The notes under the pieces are model-generated. The model did not search any database, had not been told where the DNA came from, and saw nothing but the letters and a program-made list of their open reading frames with translations. Positions 22,684 through 33,180 of a stretch of 64,000 nucleotides of DNA are shown one piece after another. Each line of letters starts with the position of its first letter. The first letter of the stretch is position 1. The position numbers were made by a program, and so were the translations under genes. The DNA is from Balamuthia mandrillaris (lineage: Eukaryota), in NCBI GenBank assembly GCA_031835245.2, contig JAVKOQ020000007.1, positions 310,001 to 374,000 of the forward strand, written 5' to 3'.

Positions 22684-24841
22684 TCAAGCATGATGAAAGG
22701 GATACCGCAGCAGCTGCTGGAACCGTCGTTCCAGCATTCGTTCCTCATCATCCATCTCTATCCGTTCATTCCCCTCCTCTGCTTTCTCCGTTGCTTCCTC
22801 TTCGCCCTCTTCCTCCTCCGCTTTGTACAAGCCGCCGAGCTGTTGGAGATAAGAGCAGAGAATCTCATTGTCCACTCCACACCCGAACAGGAACGTCTCC
22901 AAGTCTTTCTTTTGGGCGCGAATGAAGCTGGCTCGGTGCGTCTCCGCCACCAACTTCTCCATCAGTCGCTTCTTCTCCACCTCCAACTGCGTGCAGCGAT
23001 GGGAGAGCAATATGAGACTTTGCTCTAACGCTTCTTCTATTCCTAGTGTTGGTGCCTCCTTTGTCTCTTCTTCTTCTTCTGTTGCTTCTGTTTCTGCTTT
23101 CCGTTTTGTTATTGTTTTTACTTTTGTTCTTTGGTTTTGTTGAGTTTGTTGTTTTGGTTCGTTTTCGTAATGTTTCTTCTCATTCGTGCTGCTGCCACTA
23201 CAAATTGTTCTGCTTCTGCCTTTTCTTCTTTGTGGTCCGTTTTCTTCTCCTTCTCCTTTTATTCTTTGTATTCGTTTTTGCTCTTCTTTGGTTTCTCTTC
23301 TTCGTTCTTCTCTTCCTTTTTCTCTGTCTTTCTTCATCTTGGGCTCTTCTGTTCTACCTTTTGTCTTTGTCTTCGTAGGAGACGAAGAAGACGAAGCAGT
23401 CATTTGTTTCTGAAGTTGAAGCTGTTTCTTCAGTTTTTGAACGAGTTGAGCTTGCAACAGGTTCTCCCGTCGCAAACGTTCCAGTTCTTGTTCATGTTGA
23501 GACAACGTTGGAGCCACCGCATCCAGTTGCTCCATTGTTTGCGTGAGAAGAGTAATTAACTCGGCTTTGTCTTTGGCGAGTCGTGACAGTAATCCTAGTT
23601 GATGTTCCTTTTCTTGCTCTTCTTCTTCACTTCGTTCGGTATCTGAACTCTGTTTTGTTTTGATATTGTTTAGGCAAAACATAAAACAAGAAGAGTAATG
23701 GAGCAGAAGCAGAAGGACAGGGAAGAAAGTATACATCTTGAACGAGGCGCTCAAGCCGTTCGATGGCAACGGATTCTTTGTTTAAGTGTCGTAACAGTTC
23801 TCGAGCTCTGTTTCGTGGATCTGCATCAGAACCGTTTAGTTGCTTGTTGTTGCCATTTGGGAGACCTTCCTCAACAATACTCAGCTTCTTTTTCCCATTT
23901 TCCTTTCCTCCCCTTTCCTATTAAAATATAACGCACGAACATAAATGAAAAGAAAATACAAATAAGAAAAAGCAAAAGAGAGAAGAGAAGGAAAGGAAAA
24001 GAAACAACGAGAGAGAGAGAGAGAGAAGGAAAACCTGTAACAAAACATCTAGCTGCTCTTTTTGTGACGTGCAACGGTGATGAAGGAGGTGCAAACATTC
24101 CAAAGACGGCAGATAGAGGGCTGGCGGGACCTGCTCCGCAGCCAAGCTCTCCTGGATGCTGAGCTCCAACGCCTTCATGCAAGCCCGAACCTTTTTCTCT
24201 TCTTCCTGTTCTTCCTCTCCCTCTACTTTTGGTGACAGCACTTCTTCGTATTCTTCTTCATGTGCACGGGGGTAGCGGTTATTCTCATAAAAGTGTGGCC
24301 GCTGGACTTCTTCAGTTTGTTCGTCTTTTAATAAATCCAACTCCTCCTCATCAAAGTCAAAGTTAACATCAACGCCATGAAGCGGCAGCCTGTCGTGCTC
24401 CTCCTCCCAGCCTCTCCCATTCTCTCCCGTGTGTTGGTCATGGTCCTCCTCCTTCTCCTCATCATACGCCACGAACAGCGGTTTGCGCAGCTGCTCCAAT
24501 TGGAGTTGTTTCTCGTGACGAAGCAGCTCTTCCTCCTCCTTCCCCTTCTTCTTGTCCTTCTTCTTCTTCCCGTTCATCAAGGCAAAGGAGCCCGTGCCGA
24601 AACCGTTGTAGCCATTGTAGCCGTTGGCCCGGTGGTGGTGGCCGTTAGCGGCGGCGGCGGCGGTGGTGCCATGTGGCTGTTGTGGAGGTAGCAGCGGTCT
24701 CTTTTTCTTCTTCTTTGTTTCGTGGGTCCCTCCTTCCCCTTCCTCTCTTCCTGCTTTTCTGTGAGGGGTCCTTTGTCCTCTGCTGCTGCTGCTTCTCAGG
24801 GCAGAAGTCGTCCCTCCTCCTCCTGCTGCTACGTTCTTCAT
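22684..24841 (-). CDS. Hypothetical coiled-coil protein (about 3 exons)
   Basis: ORFs 23921..24841 and 22684..23769 are linked by pyrimidine-rich GT-AG introns. Heptad-like E/Q/L/K segments. Confidence 0.6.
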
Positions 24842-25352
24842 CTTTTATTTTTTCTTTTCTTCCATAATTTATTGTACTGCTCTCATGTCCTCTCTCCTGT
24901 CTCCCTTATTTTTGTCGACCTAATGACATCACCTTCTTTTGTTGTAGACGTCAACTGACGTCATCACGGTTGTCGACATAAATGGGAGGTTTCAAATGGG
25001 AAACCGGAGGAAACTACACGGAAAAACGGCGGAAAACAATTCGAATCGGTAGACTTGAAGCCTCGGCTGGCCGTTGGTGTGGCGTGGAAGAATTGTTTGG
25101 AGCGCGTCGGTTCGGTGGCCTTGTTCCTTGTTGGCCACTCGCTCTGAGGCGTCTTCGACTTGACAAAAACATGATTGAAAACTGAATGCAACTTTTTGTT
25201 TTTTAATCGAACACAACCGAACAAAACACCAAAGGCGGCAACTTGCTTCGTAGCAAACATTTGTTTTCATCATCATCATCAAACCATAAACAAGCAAGAG
25301 AAAAAAGAGAGAGAAAGAAGAGAATAGGAGGAGCGCACAGGGCAAATAAATC

Positions 25353-26529
25353 ATGTCGGTTCAAGGACACATTGAAGTGGGGGCGTTTTGGTTCTTCATG
25401 GGCCTGTTCTTCTTCCTCAGGTCGCTGGACCTGGAGACCCTCCGCCCCTTCCGCGAGCACCCTGCCTGGGTGACCCTGCCCGCATGGTCCACTCTTTTAG
25501 GAGGGTACGTCCCCGTTGGTTTTCTTTTCTTCTGTTTTTACCACAAAAAATAATTTAAAAATGAAAAAAATTAAAAATTTTAAAACTAAAAATGAAATGA
25601 ACAATACCAAACAGGACGGGACACTTTATAGTGGAGTACATATTCATGACGGACTGGTTCAGCCACGTGAACATCAACCACTTTATGATGGCCGCCATGT
25701 TCATGGTCACCGGCAGCATTGGCCTCCTGCACCAGCTCCACAAGCTGAAGGGAGTTGCTTGGAGTCTGGTACGTTATTTTCGTTTGGTGTGTGCATAAGT
25801 GCAAAGCGAAAGAGCAAGAGGAGAAGGCAGGGAAAGAGAACAAGGTTGAGAGAGTGAGAGAGAAAATGAAGTAAAGAGAGTAGAGAAGAGAAGCTTTGTG
25901 CTCGAAAGCGACAAGAGAGGGAAGAGAAGAAAGAATAGATGGTGAGAGGCTTACCCCACGCTGCATAACAGATCTGGCCATCGACGTGGTGTGTGCTGGG
26001 CTACTTTTGGCACAATCATCCGCAACATAACGGATACTTTGAGTTTGGACATAAGGCCTGCGGCTGGATGTTCATTTTCGCTGGATTGGTACGCTCCTCT
26101 TCCTCCTCGGCCTACATGCTTGGTGGCGCACCTCAAACCCTATTCAATCTTGTTGTTGTAGTGCATAATGGCAGAGTATATGGTTGGCTTCTTCACGGAT
26201 CGTCCTCCAAGCCAAAGGCCGGAGTGCCACCTCCACGAAGACAAACCAGAAAAGCGCTTCACCTGTAACCCTCGGTACAGGTACGTTTGTCGCGACTTCC
26301 TCTTCCCGCCTCTCATTCTCTGTTTGCGTTTTTAAAAAGAAATAACTCTTTGTCAAAACAAAACCACAAAACAAATGTAGAAAGGTGAGATCGATGTACC
26401 TGAACCCTAAGGTCTATGCAACGCCCTTCCCGTTTCTGTCTGGTCTCACGCTGATGCAAGCCGGTGTATTCACATGGAACCTTGCTCTCCTTTGGGATGA
26501 AGACGATCCTGAAAAGATGTCCAGTGCGT

Positions 26530-26573
<44 letters not shown>

Positions 26574-26949
26574 CGATTGCCGGTTTGTTGATGATCATAT
26601 ATTGCAGGGATGAACGGAATGTTCTCCTTCGTGATCCACTTTTTGGGATTGTTGATCGGTGTTGCCGCTGTTACGATGCTGTTCTATAAATTGGATCGTA
26701 TCATTTCCAACTTTCGAAACAAGCAGCACTATTCAGACAGTAGGACTTTTTGTTTTGGCTTGTTGAACGAAGATGAAATAATACTTTGGGAAGACTCGCA
26801 CAGAGGTGAGAAACTCCTGCCCTTCTTTTCTTCTTCCTTCCGTTTTCATTGTTGGATGAAAAAACTGATGAAAGCTTGCAATAGATGGGCATTACTTGAG
26901 CAGAGATGACGAAGACGAACGAGAACTTTCACGCTTTCCGTCACCTTAA
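25353..26949 (+). CDS. TMEM45/DUF716-like multi-pass membrane protein
   Basis: N-terminal QGHIEVGAFWFFMG, NINHFMMAAMF, FWHNH...GH, LMQAGVF and FVIH reproduce the conserved His pattern of the TMEM45 family. Confidence 0.7.
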
Positions 26950-26993
26950 AAGAAAGAAGCAGAAGAGGAACTTGTTCATTTTGTAGATTGCAG

Positions 26994-27974
26994 TCAAGAA
27001 GAAGAAGAAGAAGAAGAAGAAGAAGAAGAAGAAGAAACGATTCTTGAAGATAAGTTGCGGCGAATCTTTGCTACGTTTACTTTCTTCCGAAAGTATTTCT
27101 CTATGCTTCCACCATTACTCGCAGCCTCAATTCCATCCAACGTCGTCAAAATGCTGCTCTCGTGAGTGCCGCTCGTCAGCAAGTATTCCTGTACAATGAG
27201 AGAGCGAGGAACGCCCAATATGTGAAGCAACGTCGCTACCACCACCCCTGTTCTGTCTCGCCCTGGTTTGTTGTCGCGTTTTGTGAGAACGAAGAACGAA
27301 GAAGAAAGAGGGAGAAAGGAAGAAAAAAAGCACGAAAGAAGGAACGAAGCAGCAAGAATAAACCACATCACGAGCAAGAACCTACCTTTGGCACAATGAA
27401 TAAGGACCGGAAAGTGAAGGTCTTCCCTCTCGAATATGTTCATCACAGTGACCAACCACTCCCGGACCTGCGGCAACGTCGTGTCATACTTGTCCACTTT
27501 CTTAGAGACCGGGCAGTGCAGCCATTCCTTGGCGTCCTCTCCGGCCATCCATCGGTTCCGATTGGCGGAGGAGGAAGAGGAGGAGGAAGCTGCTCGCGGT
27601 TGTTGTTGTTGAGAGCCAAGGTCGGCGACTTGACGAAGGTTGATAATGGTTTCCGGACCCCTAAGCTCTCTCTTTGTGGAGTAGTCCATATTGCCACAAC
27701 TTTTTTTTTGAGAAAAGCAAAGTTGCAGTTGAGACAAGGAGGAGGAAGAGAAGCAGAAGAAGAAGAAGAACAAGAAGAAGAACAAGAAGAAGAACAAGAA
27801 AACGAACAAGAAGTAGAGCTAATCACAAGATCTCTCTATAGAAACAGATAGAAGCACGAACCGAAACAACCAACCGGATGTGATGACCTCGGTTCCTCCG
27901 TTGAGCTCACGAAGTGCAACGCCCACGTCCCTCCAATTCAACTTATCCTTGCTCCTGCCCTTTGCGTTCTTCAT
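26994..27974 (-). CDS. Cys-based protein tyrosine/lipid phosphatase (Y_phosphatase3/IphP-like); exons 27974-27862, 27699-~27386, ~27262-26994
   Basis: LNWRDVG...GWLFR, TIINLR, PVLIHCAKG|RDRTG and IVQEYLLT. Confidence 0.88.
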
Positions 27975-28401
27975 TCGGTTTCTTCTGCTCTCTCTCCTCT
28001 CCCGGTCAGTCCAATTTCCCATCCAATTTGTTTGAGGAGTAACGCAAAAGGAAAAGGCCTGACGCGAACCCACCAGGCCAGGGCAACATTGCCGGAAGGC
28101 GGGACCCCCACCGAGTCCTTTCCCCGCTAACGATAACTGTCGACGCGCAGAAACCGCGGAATTTCCTGGAGAGCGTTTTTCCTTTTTCAGCCCTTCCCTG
28201 CTGTTGCCTGCAGGCCGGACACCCGTGTCGCGGGTCATGGACACTTTTCGGCCTGGGACGAAAGAACAGCTGGAATAAATTTTGTAGACAATATGCCATG
28301 ACGACACGAATTGTCTAGGGCAAAAAAAAAAGAAAAGAAAAAGAAACAATAAAAGAAAAAAGAAGAAAGAAAAAACAATAAAAGGGCAACGTTGGCAAGC
28401 C

Positions 28402-30340
28402 ATGGGGATAGGCGGTTCAACGGCAGGCAGGCTTGCCAACGAGCACTTGGACCGACTGACAGGCTCCACCACCTTTGCTTCCACCTTGTTGGGAGACGCA
28501 GAGGAGCACACCCGCTGGAACGCCTTGCTCGCTGGCCTGGGCACTCAACTCAACCAGATCGACCCAGAGCAACTCGAGGAAGTAACTCAACAGCTTTGCC
28601 AACGTTTTGGTTTGTTGCTGTTCTTCTTAGTCTTCTTTTACTCTTACTTACTCTTCTCTTATTTTGTGAACTGGTTTTGAGCAGCTGCAAATAATCCCAA
28701 AACGAAAAACTTTCAACGACTGGTTCGACATACGATCCATCTTCTCTACAGTCACTCTGCTGCTGACACTCCGCACAAACGCGTTCTTCTCAAACGACAA
28801 CAACAACAACAACAACCAAACTATTCTTCTTCTTCTCCTTCACAACAAACGTCAACTTCAACGGCTTCTTCTTCCTCTTCTACTTCTTTCTCACCTCCAC
28901 AACAAACCTCCTCTGAGTCCATCGAACTGCTTAATGCTCTCTTTTTGCTGCGTGTCTTTTGCAAGTTCTTTGTTGCTCGCTTCGCGGTTCCAACAACGAC
29001 TTCGACGAAAGAGGCACAGCAGCAACTCTCACAGTTTTTTGCCAAAGAACAGGGAGAGCCACACGAAGAAGACACCATGAAGAGGAAGGAGAAAGAAGAA
29101 GACTTGGAGCAGGAGAATGGTGGTCCATCCCCACCGTTGGCTTTTGAGTTGTTACAAGCCTTGATGGACTTTTGCATCGACAACGAAATACAGTACAGCT
29201 CTCTTCTCTGCTTCTTTCGTGCTCTAGTTCTCTTGTTCTCTCTTCTCTCAATTTGTTACTTCAGTGCTTCCTTCTGCTCTGCTCTCCCTCTCTTTCATCT
29301 TTCGTTTCTATGTGAACATAATTCCTTCTGACACGAACAATAACAGAGCAGAAAACTACGATCATCACGTGGAGATATTAAACGTCCTGCTTATTCTGTT
29401 CTCAACTCAGTTGTATCAACCTATTCCTTCCTCCACGACACACGTGGAAACCGAAGAAGAACACGCAACAGAGCACACACGAAGAGAAGAACAGGACAAA
29501 AGCAAACGAAGAGGACGAAGAAGGAGAGCACAAGAGTACAACCTCTTTCTCGACTTGAGCTACGAATACGGTCGAATACCTGAATTCGTGCAAACTATGT
29601 TTGAAAACTATATTTATCATCGGCAGAAACCAGATTCTTCCTCTGATTCTTCTTTGATCTCTACCATTGGCACCGCTGCTTGTACTTTACTCCTCAGTTC
29701 TTCTTTTCTTCTTTTCTCTTTCCTTTTTCCTTCTTTTTGTTCATTTCTATTACACGTCTTTCATCTTTTGTTCTTTTTTTTTTCTCTATTATTGATATTC
29801 TCCTTTATCGTTCATAGCATCGATCATCTTTTTACCATGGAACGCATATACATATATGTTTACTTCCTCTTCTAGCACCGAACCAGCTGCTGGAAGCAGC
29901 ATTCCTCAAAGAGAATTGAATAGAGGAAGGGCATTGGCCGATACCAGCCTTTGCGTTCTGCTCGCTTTGGCCCACCATGCCTCTCCTACTCATGTTAACT
30001 TCTCTCAGAATCCTTATCGCTCTCAAATTGGCTCGCTTCACGATCTTTATTGTGCGTCCTCTCTCTCTCTCTCTCTCTCTCTCTCGTTCTCTCCTCGTTC
30101 TTTCAAACGACAACAACTAACTGAATGCTTCAAAATGGCAGTTGATACCGAAGATGTGGAAGGCTCAAGCGTACTTGTGGCACGCGTATCCTTCAAGGAA
30201 CTTTTTCAAGTTTTGACGGTTACTCTCCATGAGGATGCCTCCATTTTGTTACTCTATCTTCTTCTTCACACGAATTCTATGTTCCTCGCGTATTTAATTT
30301 CTCGTACAGACAATGACACTTTGGTACATACTCTTCGTTT

Positions 30341-30371
<31 letters not shown>

Positions 30372-31878
30372 GCTTTCTGACTTTTATTTCCAGTTATTAC
30401 CAATGCTGCATCTCTTGTATTCGTCTATAGAAGACAAACCTCAAGAAAAGCATATCTACATGATTCTTATCTGCCTTCTTATTCTTAGCCAAGATCAACT
30501 TTTTAACAGAAATGTTCAAACTTTGGTATCTATGTTTTGTTCTAAGTTGATTATTCAGTTTGCCCTGACACCTTTTTCATTTGTTCTGATTGCTCATGGC
30601 AAGTTCGTGCCGACCGTTCCGTGGTTTAAGGAACGGTTTCTTCAAAAGATCAGACTTGGAAGCCTCATCGTCATCGTTCTGGTTCGAACTGTTCAAATGA
30701 ATCTTAGCAAGATGAGGGTGCGTTATCATTTCTCTGGTATGTTTTTCTGTTATCTTCCAAAGTAACAACTGTCGTTATAACAGGATACTTACTTGCACCT
30801 TAACTGTTTGGCCACGCTGGCAAACATGTCAGCCAGCTTTGAGGATTTGCATCCTTACGCCGCCCATCGCCTGGTCAAACTATTTGGCATGATTGCCAAG
30901 AAGCATGCCCTGTTCTTGAGGAAGTGCGAGAGCTCCGCTCAGGTGGGACAGACAGCGCCAATGCCACCCAAGTCTATCACTCCTGTAGTTACACCCGTTG
31001 CTGAAGCCAACGAAACTTTTTCTTCAGCAAACGCGATTCACCAGTACACAACACCGAACAAAAACGATGCAGAACGTGACCGACGTCAACAATGTCCGGT
31101 CATTGTTCAAAGCGTTGAAGATCATGTATGTCTTCTTCGTTTCTCTGTCATTTTCCTTTCTCGCCATTAATATTATTTCTGACTTTTTTTCTTTGTTTTT
31201 CTGGTTAAAAAACAGAGTCAGGATGTCGCCATCTCTGAATCCTTTATGCACATCGTCTTGGAAATTCTGAACTCATGTTTAATGAACTCTCTTCGAAAGA
31301 ATCCTCATCTCTCCTACGCTCTTCTCCAAGAATCTGAAATCTTTGCTCCCTATAGAATGCATTCACGGTTTCTTCCTTTGGTGAGAAACATTGAAGCGGT
31401 ACTTATCTTCTCACCGTTTGCTATATCTTCTATTCACTATTTCTCTTCTTTTCTTCATTTTTTTTCTGGTTTTCTTGTTGTTTAAAACTAACACAATAAT
31501 TATTTAAGGTGATGAATCATTTCAAGTCCTTGTTACAGCGTACAACAGCTCCTACAGAATGGACAACGGATATAGTGCTTGACGCCATTGAACGAGGTTC
31601 CAGGGCGATAAAACAAATGGTTCGTACATTAACTTTCTTTCGCCTGAAGCAAACCACTAAAAACTGATGTGCACACCAAACAGGACTACCCATTACAGTT
31701 TACTTATGAAGAAGAAGAGAATCCACGCCAATTCTTCACGCCCTACGTTTGGAGCATTGTCACCAATACCACCAGCGACTTGAATTGGGGCAGTTCTTCC
31801 TTTCCTCGTATGTCTCTATTTACTTGGGGACGCCCAGAGATAACGGCATGGGAGGAAGAAGAGCATGAAAGTACCTAA
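28402..31878 (+). CDS. DYM: Dymeclin (multi-exon)
   Basis: MG N-terminus, NNPKTKNF, YLHLNCLATLANMS, HPYAAHRLVKLF, NPHLSYALL and LQFTYEEEENPRQFFTPYVW. Confidence 0.93.
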
Positions 31879-32118
31879 CTTTTTTAAATAGTACATGTAA
31901 ATCTTTTTAAAGTTGCCTTGCCTTATTCTTTTCAAAGAGCCTGCTGAAAGAAGGAAGAGATGAGCTAACACGTGAGATTGAAAAGCAACTTTTAATGAAC
32001 CCAATTAATTAACATCGGAGTTGGGCTCACAGAAGTTCTGTGCCATCGAGAGGCACAAACAATGAAGCCACCAAAATGGGGGAAGCAAAGGCAACAAACA
32101 ATAAAGACAACAAGGAAG

Positions 32119-33093
32119 ATGGAAGAACCTACAGGTTGGTCACCCGAACAGCTGTCCTCGTGCGAGTTGGCCATTCCGAGACTCGAGAACAACACAGGCT
32201 TTCCCAACAGCGGAGAGCTGATATCCTTTTTTTTTGTTTTCGTTTTTTTCAAATGCATTATCTGCGTGTTTGCTGCCGTAGCACGTACGTTTTCTTTGAC
32301 TGAAGCTGTAACAAAGTGAAGAAGCGGACAGAGTAAGCATCAGTGACATCCCAGTTGAGCTACTTTTGCGTGCGTTGTGTTACGCTGTGTTTCTCTTTCT
32401 GTTCTTGTTTTCCCCAATCGTTATCTCCTATTTTACCTGTCTCCTCTTTAACCTTTTAACATAACAGTTATTCTCGACGCTGCCATTGCGAAGCCAAAAG
32501 ATGCCATCTCCATCGGCTTAGTCTGCAAAGCCTTCCAAGAGCTCGTGCTGGATAACAACAACATATGGCAAAGGCTGTTCCTGGGGCGTTGGCCCCAACA
32601 GAGCCCCAACCTCAAGATGAGGAGCTGGTTCAAGTTCTTCAAGCTCAGAGCCGAGGCTGTACTCCAGCACGACCAGCACGAAACTGCTTTGACCTTCGGC
32701 TGTGCCCATCCCATCGAGAACTGTGAGAACGAGATGGAATGCCCATTGATATGGTTGGTCACAATGGGAAACGTTTTTGCCTTTCTTTGTGCTTTGCTAA
32801 CAAGTTGTTCGATACTCTGCTCCTGACAAACCAAAAGGGAAAGACTAGGGGGAAAATATTCAATGGCACCAACCGGCGACTTTGCGATGGAACGGGTTTG
32901 CTCAGCGTGCAGCAAGGACGTCCGTTTTGTGACCAACCAACGCTCGTTGGAGAAGAAGGTGAGCCAAGGCCATCCGGTTTGCATCGACTTCACCTTCGTA
33001 GCGTGTTACCGGCCCGCCCGTGGTCATCGTCGAAGCTGGTTGGTGCGCCGCAACGAAACTTTTGAAAGCGTTATTGGAGCAACCGGCGACTAG
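32119..33093 (+). CDS. F-box + Cys-rich C-terminal domain protein, paralogue A (lacks SPRY domains)
   Basis: First exon MEEPTGWS is shared with copies B and C. F-box DIPVELLL...IGLVCKAF..L..NIW, then IENC..CPLIW...CSAC..V..V..GHPVC. Confidence 0.75.
32221..32311 (+). other. U12-type intron 1 of paralogue A (AT-AA predicted)
   Basis: ATATCCTTT donor and branch-like TTCTTTGAC at 32292-32300. The in-frame acceptor is AA (ending 32311 or 32314). Confidence 0.65.
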
Positions 33094-33180
33094 CATGTTG
33101 TCGTTATTCGTGTTACAAAATATATATAATAAAAACAGCTATATTTATAATTAACGGCAAGCAACGCAGAGAAGAAGAAG

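Noticed and set aside
28050..28275. RNase P RNA (GGGAAGGGCTGA resembles CR-I) or a hammerhead/HDV ribozyme
   Set aside because: No complementary CR-V strand for P4, no CUGAnGA core and no HDV nested pseudoknot.
30187..30195. GTATCCTT as a U12 donor in dymeclin
   Set aside because: Lies inside continuous conserved coding sequence (RVSFKELF), with no branch box needed.
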